64,000 bases of DNA from Sphyrna mokarran (lineage: Eukaryota), in contig JAGIQG010000014.1 in NCBI GenBank assembly GCA_024679065.1, forward strand, positions 28,086,001-28,150,000. The letters are read 5' to 3'. The first letter of the stretch is position 1. Each line of letters starts with the position of its first letter. Positions 12,401 to 22,600 of this stretch are shown here, one piece after another. The notes under the pieces were generated by a model. It made no database searches, was not told the DNA's origin, and was given only the letters and a program-made list of their open reading frames with translations. Position numbers and translations under genes: made by a program.

Positions 12401-14941
12401 GGACAGGCCATTGTTGTAAATGATGTAGAGATGCCAGCGTTGAGCTGGGGTAAGCACAGTAAGAAGTCTCACAGCACCATAATAAAGTGCAACAGGTTTA
12501 TTTGGATATCATGAGCTTTTGGAACACTTCTCCTTCATCAGGTTAGTGGAGAGGTACGTTCCACAAACATGGCATATATAGACAAAGACTTCATTGCAAA
12601 ATAATGGTTGGAATGCAAATCTTTACAGGTTATCAAGTCTTTACAGGTATAGACAGTGCAAGTGGAAAGAGGTTTAATCAGAGGTTAAAGAGCTGTGAAT
12701 TGTCTCAAGTCAGGACAGTTTGTAGGATTTTAGGTTTTTTCAGTGATTCTTCGCTGTGAATCCAAAGGAATCATATCTTCGCCTTCAACAACCAGTTCTT
12801 CATCCAGACACATGGAACAGCCAAGGAGATCAAATTCATACCTCACATGCTAACATCTTCATGCACAAGTTCGAACAAGACCTCTTCACTGCACAGGACC
12901 TTAAATCTATGCTATGCAGTAAATACATCGATAACATTTTCTTCCTTTGAATTCACGTGAAAAATCACTAAAACAAATACATGATGACATCAACAAGTTC
13001 CATCCCACCATCAGATTCACCATGGACTATTCTCCAGAATCAGTTGCATTTTTGGAGACACGAATCTCCATCAAGGATAGTCACCTCAACACTTCACTTA
13101 TCACAAGCCCATGGATAATCTCATGATGCTCCACTTCTCCAGCTTCCCCCCTAAACACATGAAAGAAGCCATCCCCTATAGACAAGCTTTCCACATACAC
13201 AGGATCTGCTGAGATAAGGGGCAACTCAACAGACACCTATAGTTGCTGAAAGATGGCCTCGTAAGAGCAGGATATGGTGCGCCACTCATTGATTGACAGT
13301 TGCGCCGCACCACAGCGAAAAACTGCACCAATCTCCTCAGAGGACAAACACAGGACATGACCGACAGAGTGCCCTTAGTTGTCCAGTACTTACCCAGAGC
13401 GGAGAAGCTATGACATCTACTTCAACGTGTCATTGATGAAGATGAACATCTTGCCAGGTCCATCTCTATGCCCCACTAGCCATCAAACAACTGCGCAAAC
13501 TCAAACAGACCATTGTTCACAGCAAACTATCCAGCCTTCAGAAGAACAGCGACCACAATACCCACAACCCTGCCACAGCAACCTCTGCAAGATGTGCCGG
13601 ATCATCGACACGGATACCACTTCATACATGAGAACACCATCCATCAGGTACATGGTTCATACTCGTGCGAATCGGCTAATGTTATCTATGTCATGCAATG
13701 CAGGAAAGAATGTGCTGAGACATGGTTCAATGGCGAGACCATGCAGATGCTACGACAATGGATGAATGGAGACTGCTTGACAATCACCAGGCAAGAGTGT
13801 TCTTTTCCTGTCAGGGAGCAGTTCAGCAATCAAAGGTATTCAGCTCTGATCTTTGGGTAAGCGTTCTCCAAAACAGCCTTCAAGACACAAAACAACACAG
13901 AATCGCCGGGCAGAAACTGGTAGCCACGTTCCGCACACATGAGGATGACTTCAACCAGGATCTTGGGTTCATGTTACATTACGTGTAATCCCCATCATTT
14001 GACATTGGGCTTGCAAAATCCTACTAATTATTCTGGCTTGAGACAATTCACAGCTCTTTAACCTGTGATTAAACCTCTCTCCACTCGCATTGTCTGCACC
14101 TGTAAAGACTTGATTACTTGTAAAGACTTGCATTCCAATCAGTATCTTGCAATGGAGTCTTTGTCTATATATTTGAAACCTATCTCTCCATCACCTGATG
14201 AAGGAGCAGTGCTCCAAAAGCTTGTGATACCAAATAATCCCGTTGAACATTAACCTGGCGTTGTGAGCCGTCTTATTATTGTTAATGAGGAAATGGCTCT
14301 CATTTCACTCATTTGGCTAAATGAAGATTAAATAAAATTCAAGTCCAGGAAGGATATACAGACATGGAATCAGTAGAGCAAAAATTCACAAAATTAGTCT
14401 CTGGGATGGGAGGGTTATCTTCTGATAAGGTGAGTGAACTGGAGTTAGAATAATGAGAGATTGGATAAGTACAAGATTCTGAAGGGGTTTGATAGGGTAG
14501 ACACAGAGAAATTGTTCCTGTTGGTTGGAGAATCTAAAACATGTTGGGGGGGGGGGCGTTGTCGATTGTGGAATGGGACAGAATACGATGGGCAGAACCT
14601 CAGGATAAAGAATGATTGTTTAAGACTGGGGTGAGGTACAATTTCTTCACTTGAGAGGTTGTGAATCTTTGGAATCCTCTACTCTAGAGAGTTGTGATTG
14701 CTCTCTGTATCATATTTAAGGCTGAGTTAGAGATTTTTGAGAATCCATATCGTCCACTTCTACTTGTATGTAATGTGCTTCTTGCTCTTCTGTATGTTCA
14801 ATTCACACAAACATAAATATATTTCCAAGTCCTGTTTTACTTATCTCTATCATATTGTGATGTTCAACCAGTGATTGAGTTGTTTAAAATTCATGTTTCT
14901 GGTTTTTAGGTAACTATCCAGCAAAGGAAATATTATCATGA
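1553..14941 (+). CDS. TIM-family receptor paralog A, 3' part (spliced: 1553-1594, 3577-3638, 9452-9560, 14910-14941); signal and IgV exons not in the window
   Basis: Four AG/GT-bounded exons join in frame (phases 1/1, 1/0, 0/1, 1/stop): xPSTITIPPITTEH-GNKTPTYTNSPTKENSTPHST-IPEKLTHSLMTPILLAFRVSVLICFIAITILLCRWK-CNYPAKEILS*. Each exon and its flanking intron is homologous to paralog B. Confidence 0.8.
1743..2989. mobile_element. Solo LTR-like insertion (TG...CA) with a nested V-SINE at ~1925-2240
   Basis: Begins TGTTATGACC and ends ATTCTAACA; flanks ATAT/ATTT. Absent from the paralogous intron of gene B near 33000. Confidence 0.55.
1925..2240 (-). mobile_element. HE1-like V-SINE (tRNA head, V domain, CR1-type tail)
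   Basis: The + strand shows the reverse-complemented tail (CATAGAATCCCTGCAGTGC...GGCCATTT), the V-domain and the head (CAGCAGTGCTACC...GCCACCATGCTGC). Confidence 0.8.
3577..3638 (+). CDS. TIM paralog A second mucin-stalk exon (62 nt)
   Basis: gcttttcag|GTAACAAG...TTCAACT|gtgagc; encodes GNKTPTYTNSPTKENSTPHST; paralogous to 33967-34046. Confidence 0.8.
3859..4611. mobile_element. Possible solo LTR
   Basis: TGTAAT...GTGACA ends and composition like the other LTR-like inserts; no clear TSD. Confidence 0.35.
6343..7246. mobile_element. Non-autonomous TIR element (MITE-like) with C-rich interior
   Basis: Ends GAGGTGAAATCTTACC...TAATATCATCCCC resemble the other GGGNNNGATTYT-ended elements; poly-C tract at ~6466-6496. 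Confidence 0.5.
7561..7707. other. Assembly gap (147 N)
   Basis: Run of N. Confidence 1.
8390..8750 (+). mobile_element. DeuSINE (SacSINE1-like)
   Basis: tRNA-like head, Deu-domain motif TTCACTAATGTTCTTTAGGGAAGGAAATCTGC...GGTCTGGCC, and tail GGATGGACAATAAATGCTG...AATAAAAAA. Confidence 0.8.
9452..9560 (+). CDS. TIM paralog A transmembrane exon (109 nt)
   Basis: cctattttag|ATACCAGAA...TGGAAAT|gtgagt; hydrophobic stretch ILLAFRVSVLICFIAITILLC followed by RWK. Confidence 0.85.
9712..9815 (-). mobile_element. Penelope-type terminal fragment with decayed hammerhead core
   Basis: The reverse complement reads GTT-CTGATGA-AAGGTCATCCAGACTC-AAAACGTT; related fragments at ~10617-10705 and ~61190-61265. 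Confidence 0.55.
11050..11378 (-). mobile_element. 5'-truncated copy of the CR1/V-SINE chimeric element, inside a GC-rich MITE-like element (~10710-11650)
   Basis: (TTTGTTC)n-type tail, V-domain and degenerate head shared with the copies at 20.7, 23.1 and 51.2 kb; GTATG duplicated at 11045-11049 and 11377-11381. Confidence 0.8.
12424..14274 (+). mobile_element. Penelope-like retroelement (RT + GIY-YIG endonuclease, decayed) with inverted pLTRs
   Basis: RT motifs ANIFMHKFEQ and KYIDNIF; GIY-YIG SCESANVIYVMQC...NGET...LRQWM. 12424-12730 is the inverted copy of ~14015-14274. Imperfect 14-bp TSD at 12410-12423 / 14275-14288. Confidence 0.9.
14191..14227 (+). ncRNA. Minimal type I hammerhead ribozyme motif (mutated; inverted twin at ~12509-12545)
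   Basis: TCAC-CTGATGA-AGGAGC AGT GCTCC-AAAA-GC-TT-GTGA: stems I and II are intact, but the G of GAAA is lost. Confidence 0.65.
14340..14740 (+). mobile_element. Old CR1 LINE 3' remnant (paralogous copy at ~37125-37690)
   Basis: Decayed ORF2 C-terminal motifs (AATTTCTTCACT...GTTGTGAATCTTTGGAATC). Confidence 0.7.
14910..14941 (+). CDS. TIM paralog A terminal coding exon
   Basis: ttctggtttttag|GTAACTATCCAGCAAAGGAAATATTATCATGA. In the phase-1 frame the stop is conserved with paralog B, and a 1-nt indel follows the stop. Confidence 0.7.
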
Positions 14942-16204
14942 GAGAAACACTTACTTTGTTCTAAAAGGATTGGGACTTTTGCCTGTGTAAGGCTATGCAC
15001 ACTAATCCTGCAAAAACCAAACTATGTGATGTCATTTCCTCAGTCTTCTGCGATTTTTCTGCAATCCAGACCCATCTTTGACCTGTTTGAACCACAGCAT
15101 CATCAAGTCCAGGAAAATATGCTGTAATATTCCACAACCCGCAACAGCAGCAACTTAAAGTGCCATTGAAAAACACTGATCTGTGCACTTATAATGGACA
15201 TAGGAAAGGTCTTTGAAACTTTTAATGGAAGGTGTTTAACTTTACAGCTCCCAGTGTATTTTAAACTTGGTATATTGGCAAGACATTTCAGAAGTTCATT
15301 TTAATTGTAAATTCAATATGCACTATCCCATATGTTTTTAGTTTTTATTCATTCATTCAAATGGGCAAGATTCTCATGTTAGTGGGATTCTCCTGTGCTA
15401 TTGCAGTAAACAGAAACTTAACTGAGTGCCACATTTCCCATCCTCTCTGGCAGCGGCAGCGGGGACTGATCGGCCAGAGAATTCCAGCCAACTTGTTGTG
15501 AAATTGTAACATATATTAGTTAGTTTAAGAATTAAATCCTATTTTTTCTGAAAAAAGACATGTTGTTGAATTTTTTTTTATATAACCACACTTGTCAAGG
15601 ATAATTCTTCCAGTCCCATTGTTGGATTTACAGATATGTATGTCTGGGGTGACCTTGATGCCACGCAATGCTACCAGTCATTCGATCTGCATGTGAATAT
15701 TGGCCAAGTCATTCAGAATCCTGCAATATGTACGCACTGGATCAGCTAGGCGCATTTTCAAGGACTCAGTATCTTCAATGATAACATTGGAATAGTTTAG
15801 ATGAGAGGGTCATTAGATTGGTTCCACTGTCGGCGCAACATTGAGGGCCGAAGGGCCTGTACTGCACTGTAATTTCTATGTTATATGTTCTAAGAAGGCT
15901 AAATTATGGCAAGATAGCTGGGAGTTTGAACTCATAAAATACATCCTCTGGTTTGATGTGGGTTGAAGACACACCAAAACTTAAATCATGCTTTGTGGAT
16001 AGAAGAGAGAGACAAAACTGAACTCCTTTGTCCTCTCTTACCATCTGTCCATAAGCAGAGGTGATTTTTTTTTGTTTTAAAATAGGCCGCAACACTTATT
16101 CCAATAAACCTTGGTTTGTGTAGTGACTTTTAAAGTAACTTTCACATTTAGAATTAAATCAGAAGTTATTTATACATTTCTAACCCATGGGATTATAACA
16201 GCTT

Positions 16205-16250
16205 TACACACACACAGACACGTATAAACACACACACACACACACACACA
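16205..16250. repeat. (CA)n microsatellite within LTR-like sequence
   Basis: Interrupted ACACAC run. Confidence 0.85.
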
Positions 16251-17334
16251 GAGTAGGGGTAGAAGAGGGGCTTCACAACTATGAATAATCCACTGCCAAA
16301 AGAATCACAGAAGTAGATATCAGTTCTCTGGATTTCCAGAGTGCAGCATTTCAAAACCCAGAAGGGGTTCTCCTCATGGGAAGTTCCAGTTCATGTGTGT
16401 TCCAGGCTAAAGGCAGCAATGCAGAGTTATTTTAAGATGATGGCACTGCAGTGAGAAGATATTGATAGAAACTTGGTGTTGTTGGAAGATGGTGGTTTGT
16501 GGCTGTAGTAAAGTAGGCTTTCAGGAGGGCTTCTAGTAGGCTGCTTGGTCAATCTGGCATTCTGTCACTGGAGATTTGCAGGTTGGCAGTAAATCAACTA
16601 ACTGTCCTGCTTCTGAGTTCTCAACTAAAAATAAAGATTTAAAATGTTGCATGACCCTCTTCCTCCACAACAATTTCGTAAGAAATGTTTATTTGGTATC
16701 TGATTCTGCCTTTGTTTTATGGTTAATTATGTTCCAGTCATGAGTTTCTGATGACTGGAACATCTATATTGATGACCCTGTGTTGGGTAACTATTGTCCT
16801 GGTGGACCCTGAGACTCCAAGGGTTTGGTTGAGTTGAAGTGCTTCCGCAAGGCTGATAACTGCATAGCCTACTTCATTTTTGCAAAGGTATCTTTTTGTT
16901 CAAAGTAAAGGGGGAGTAGAGTCAAGCTAATTTATTCAAGCATGCATGCAAGGAAGAGTGCTTGAGCAGAGGCCAAACTTATATGTGGTCCTCAACTAAA
17001 TACTGACTGAAAGTAACAGTGAAAAAAGGAATAAGCAGCTGCCCCTATTGGTGAGTCATTGTGGCAGAGCTGTCAATATGAGGGTGATTTTGTAGTGACT
17101 GTTTGTAACCCAAAATAAAAATGCTACCATAAAGGCATTTGGTACCAGACCATGGAGAGTCCAACTGAAAACTGGATAACTAATCACTCTCGATATAGAC
17201 AGATTAAGCAAATGGTGGCAGATGGAGCATTATGAGGGAAAATGTGAAATTATACTCTTTGGTAATAAAGTAGAAAAACAGAATACTTGTTGAAAGGAAT
17301 TGAATGTATAAATATTAATATTCAGAGGGGCTTT

Positions 17335-17672
17335 GGTGGCCTAGTGGTATTATCTCTAGACTATTAATTCAGAAACTCAGCTCATGTTCTAGGGACGTAG
17401 GTTCAAATTCTGCCAGGCAGATGATGGAATTTGAATTCAATATAAAAATGTCTGAAATTAAGAATCTACTGATGACCATGGAACCATTGCCAATTGTCAG
17501 AAAAAGCCATCAGATTCACTAATGTCCTTTAGGGAAGGAAATCTGCCATCCTTACCTGGTCTGATCTACATGTGACTCCAAAGCCACAGCAATGTGGTTG
17601 ATTCTCAACTGCCCTCAAGCAATAAATGCTGGCCAATCAGCAATGCCAATGTCCCACAAATGAATAAAAAAA
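17335..17672 (+). mobile_element. DeuSINE (SacSINE1-like) inserted in an old CR1
   Basis: Same head, Deu domain and tail as 8390-8750. Confidence 0.8.
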
Positions 17673-18532
17673 TGATGTTCCCATTTAAGGAATGCAAACA
17701 TTTTTCATGCAGAGACAGCAAATAGAAGGCAAATTGCATGTCTTTATTGAGAACTGGAGTACAAAAATGAGGGAATTTTGCTATAGTTGTACAAGGCAAC
17801 CTGACAACTCTGCCACAATGAAGCACCAGTTGGGTCATGTGCTTGTTCCATTCCTCATTCTTACTTTCATGATCATTATTTAGTTGAGACTACACACAAG
17901 CTTGGCCTCTGCTCAAGGACTCTCCCTTGAATGAAGCTTGAATAAACCTGCTTGACTCTGTTGTCTCCAGAATCTGAAGAAAAATAAGGCTTTGCAAGAC
18001 TCTGCAGTCATTGACCTTGTGGATGCACTTAACTTCATGACACCTGGGTACAGTTATGTAGCTTTTGCCTGCATATATGAGAAATGACATACTTAGAGGT
18101 GTCATGGTGAAGGTTTGTCAAATTAGCTTCTTGAATGAAATATTTGTCCTGTGTTGGAGATTGAGTAAATGGGCCCTGCGATCTTTGGAGTTTAAAGAAG
18201 TGAAACATACAGGATCCTGAAGGGGCTTGTGGGACAGACACTGCGAGGTTGTTTTCCCTGTTGGGTAATCTAGGAGAAAGGGTCGATCATTTAGGACTGA
18301 AATGAGGAGAAATTTCCTCACTGAAAAAGGTTTGAACTCTTGGAATTCTCTATCCCAAAGGGTTATGGATGCTCCTTCATTGAATCTATTCAAGACTGTG
18401 ACAGACTTTTCTGTAAGTCAATGGATTTGGGCAGAAGATCAACCATGGTCATATCGAATGGTGGAGTAAGCTCAAGGAGCTGAATGGTAAACGCTACTCC
18501 TATTTCATATACTCTAATGCTCTTAAGTTCTC

Positions 18533-18882
18533 ATAGAATCCCTACAATGCAGAAGGAGGCCATTCGGCCTATCAAGTCTGCACTGACTGTCTGACAGATT
18601 ATCCTACCCATTCCCTATCCCTGTAACCCCATCTATTTACCCTGCTAATCTCCCTAATCCTACACATGTTAGGATACTAACGGGCAATTTGACATATTGG
18701 ACTATCAACATAATCCGCATATCTTTGGACTGTGGGAGGAAACAGGAGAACCCGGAAAAATTCCACATGGACTTGGGGAGAACATGCAAACTCCGCACAG
18801 ACAGTGATCCAAGTCTGGAATTGAACTTGAGTCTCTGTGGAGCTGTGATGCAGCAGTGCTAACCACTGTGCCACCATGCAGC
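18533..18882 (-). mobile_element. HE1-like V-SINE
   Basis: Head GCATGGTGGCACAGTGGTTAGCACTGCTGC, V-domain and tail on the minus strand; absent at the paralogous site near 40808. Confidence 0.85.
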
Positions 18883-19239
18883 TGTCTACACTGTTTCTTT
18901 TTGCCTTGGCTCCTTCTTCTTTTCTAATTAGAATTCTAATTCACAAGGGCCACAAATTGAGCATTTGCTTACTTACCTACTGTCCCCCCAACCTGCTGTT
19001 GTATTCTTTAATAAAAATTAATTTTTAAAAGGTTGCAGCCTTATTTCCAGGCATCAATCACATTACTTCCATTTAGTATGAGATTTGCAATGTAATAAAT
19101 GGACCTATACAAAATACGGTGTGGCCAGAATTGTAGAGTATTGGATAATGTAAGTTTCAGCTCAGTAACACAAGTTCAACATAACTGATCCCTTGGAGTT
19201 TTTCCTCTTAAACATGCAAAATGAAAATAAAGATGCATA

Positions 19240-19629
19240 CTTTTTACTAGAGTGTTATTCTTTCTCTTGAAAAGAATTTGGATCATGGGTTAATATTGTT
19301 CTTGTTGGAAAATGGTGGAAAAATCATTGGAGATACTGGTTGCAATTCTCTGGCGATTCACATCCAACTGCTGCTGCCAGTGAGAGCAGATAATTTGGCA
19401 CTCAACCAAATCTCTGTTCCTTGCAGTAGGGCCAGTGCTTCGCAGCTGTCACTGAGGTCAGAGAATTTAGCCCAATATATTCTTGCTAAACACATGCCTC
19501 AGTTCACAGAACTTGTTCATAGGAAGCCCTATCAGTGAAAAGTTTAACCCATCCATATCAGTACGGACCTAACATTAAGAACAAAAGCTCAACTCCAGCC
19601 ACAGAATTATACAACAGCTGTGCAGCATT
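19240..19629 (+). promoter_or_regulatory. Proximal promoter/5' UTR of TIM paralog B (paralogous to ~42540-42910)
   Basis: Non-repetitive block conserved between the two copies directly upstream of the ATG; no TSS evidence. Confidence 0.5.
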
Positions 19630-19681
19630 ATGTTTATTACCCGGATTGTTGTTCATTTGACTACACTACTTGTTCTTTTAG
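19630..19681 (+). CDS. TIM paralog B exon 1, signal peptide MFITRIVVHLTTLLVLL
   Basis: ATG, hydrophobic core, and a perfect phase-1 donor AG|GTAAGT. Confidence 0.85.
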
Positions 19682-22600
19682 GTAAGTTTCGGAATTTAAA
19701 AAGTGTGAATTTTCCTACAGATGTTTGATGTTCATATATAAAGTGTTCTGTGTGTAAGTGACCAACAAGATAAGGTCTTCAACAGGATAAGTACAGATTC
19801 ACCAAATGTGTTGTCTGAAGTGTTAAAGTGTTAGAGCTCGCTGCAGAAATAATGTCTGTATTCACTTGCATTTAGAAGGTCTATGGAGGAATTAATCAAG
19901 ATCTTTAAACTGAGAAAGAGATTTGAAAGGGTAGCTACAGAGAAAACATTTGCTTGGACACATAATCTTATATTACAGCTGGCCCATTTAAGAGTGAATT
20001 AGGAAAACCTATATCACACAGATGATAGTAGAAAAAGGAAAGTCTTTCCCAAAGGTTCTGGATTATGTATCAATTGAAATTTTCAAGATTAAAATTGATT
20101 ATTTTTTACTAGTGGTGCATCTGTGTAATATGTCTATGATTTCCATATGGGCTTGTATTTTAAAAAAAGCACCTTAACCATAGAGAATTTAGCACGGTGA
20201 CCTTCTTTTATATTTTGTGTACAGGAACATGGATGAATTCACGTCTGAGCTTGTCTCTGGGTAGTCACTTAAAATGCAAACTACCTTCCCAGGTACCACA
20301 TACTCCTTGCCATTTCAGGTAGAGAATTAAAAAAATGATATACTTGCAGGACTCATCAAGATGGAAAAGTAAATAAAGGTTTTGGAAACTATTCATTATT
20401 GGAGTAATACAGGCACATCAAACATCCTCCACTGTTGGACAATTGCTTAGCCAGCTAACCATTTGAGTATATAATGAAAACACAGATATTGTGGTGACAT
20501 GACAGAAACTGGCCTGTCATACAAAGCACCTTATTAGTCCACAAAGCGAGCAAATGGCAGACACGCTGAGATACCAAGGCGACACAGGCACTCACAGAGG
20601 AAGGATGATTCTTATCTAGAAATTCAGCACAGGACGTGAAGTGGGTCAGTTATTTTAGTTGCAGATGTTATATTCATTACGGGGGTTCAACCATAACGCC
20701 AAGTAAAGTGGTGGAGGCAGGTACACTGGAGTTATTTAAAAAATACTTAGATGGGCACATGAACAGAATGGGAATGGAGGGGTATAGAAAACTGATTTAA
20801 AATAGGGTTCATGAGCCTTGGGAGTCCCTGGGAAGTGTGTAAATAGATGATGATATTGATGTAGTTGTTTTTATCCTACAGGTGCTTTGGTCCACCTTGT
20901 TGTCTAACGAGGGGCATACACGCGATCGGTCATTGGAGGACTGCTCTTGGATCTTTTTCGTGAGTATCCTACTGCTTCACGTTGTTAGTGTACGCTTGAC
21001 CTGGACCTTCTGATGGGCAACACGACAGCTCAGTGACTATCGCTGTGCTGTGCTGATACATGGATTTGGGCCTGTGTCTGTGGGAGTTTGCATATTCTCC
21101 CCGTGCTTGCGTGGGTTTTCTCTGGGAGCTCCGGTTTCCTCCCACATCCCAAAGATGTGCTCTTAGGCTAATTGGCAAAAACAAATTCTCCCTAAATTGT
21201 CTCAAATTTGGTTTTTAATCCATAGATCTATAAACATGGACAGGGATCGCGGGTAGAGATGGGAACATCGGGGTGGCAGCGCAGGCTCATTGGGCCGAAG
21301 GGTCTGTTTCCCATGCTGTTTTGTTCTTTATTCTTTGTTCTTTGTTCAAGAGAAACCTACTGGTGAATGGAATAAGTTCAAAGCCAAAAACTACCAGAGT
21401 CAATTGTTTTCAGTGAATGAAAAATCCTCAAGCCCGAAACATTCCAGGAACTAATTCTGTTTTTTTTTTGTCTCTTTAAGAAGTCTAAGCACATGCTACC
21501 TCTTGTATTGTCATTTTTCTTATATATGTATGATTTTGTGTGAATGAGTGAGTGTGCGCTGTCCTGATTACTTTTCTAGTGTTGGGAAAGAAACACGTGA
21601 GGGGTAAATCTCACATTCCGCTGTGCTGGGCATCTGGTCCTGAGCGCATCTTCCGGCATCGGATTTCCGGCACCGGAAATAGGCCTGTGTCTGCCTTACA
21701 TATACAGTCTTTCGTTTGAATGTATTTAAATCTAATTAGTGGGCCTATGACTGAAGTCTCTGGTTCCGCTGGTATCTGCCCCTGCCAAGAATGGTTCACT
21801 TCAGCAGGGTCTACCAGCAGGGCGGCATTCAAAGCCCTCCAGAGGTCCAGACAGTGGTCAGGATGTGCTCCCTTGGTAGTGGCACCAGCGATTGGAAAGC
21901 CGGCATGTACCACTGCAAATCTCAATGCTGACAGATCAGTGCATGTGCAGTGGCACACTCAGCACTGTGCTGCTGCTCTCTGCAGTGGAACAGGCCACGC
22001 GCCCTGGTTTTTAACAGGATTCACGCTGGTGCACTCTGCAGTGCACAGACTGTTGGAAATTATTCTCCCATCACCTATGGAAAAAAGCAGCATGATATAC
22101 TCCAGTTTTCAACACTTTGGGTGGGATTTTAAGACCTCGCTTGAGCAAGAAAGGAAATTCTCACCTGAGAGCAACAGAGATTTCCATTGTTGGATCCTCA
22201 CCAATTCCATGGTGGGTGAGGTGGTGAAGTTCTGGCGTTAGAATTTTTTTGGGAGAATCCGCCCCCTGCTTCTTTCTTCAGTTTAATCCTATGAGAAAGC
22301 TTGACTTATGTCTGTTCTTGAAAGTTTCAGCACTCAAGTGTTAACACACTTCTCTGAAAACATATTGAGCCTGATTTTACCATTGCATAATGGGCATGAA
22401 AATGTAGTAAAGTCAGGCATGGGGCCATTAACGCAATTTGCTCCCATATCCACGCAGATGCCTACTTTACCATGGCCCGAAAATGGCCGCAATCCGATTT
22501 GCGCCCAAAATTAATGCAACAGCGATTTAAATGCATTTACATGCATTTAAATTGAATTAATGGGCTGCCCATCCAGCTTTACCAACATTTCCCCCGTACC

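Larger units (their letters stand above)
14880..20190 (+). repeat. Segmental (tandem gene) duplication block homologous to ~37790-43475
   Basis: The 3' UTR, intergenic blocks, promoter, exon 1 and proximal intron 1 are collinear with the downstream copy, apart from copy-specific TE insertions. Confidence 0.9.

Noticed and set aside
14961-15188. Antisense ORFs apparently shared with 37850-38105
   Set aside because: They lie in the duplicated 3' UTR, and frames differ between copies because of indels.
15531-16110. Poly(A) signal of paralog A
   Set aside because: ATTAAA at 15531 is not conserved at the aligned position in B, and AATAAA near 16103 lies in LTR-like DNA; the signal cannot be assigned without 3' end data.
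19278-19538. ORF similar to 42623-42820 as a conserved small protein
   Set aside because: Similarity is explained by the duplicated promoter DNA; starts are non-ATG or not shared, and no family motif is present.
21005-21065. HDV-like ribozyme suggested by TGGGCAACA
   Set aside because: No P1/P2/P3 pseudoknot could be built; the segment is better explained as the eroded tRNA-derived SINE head.
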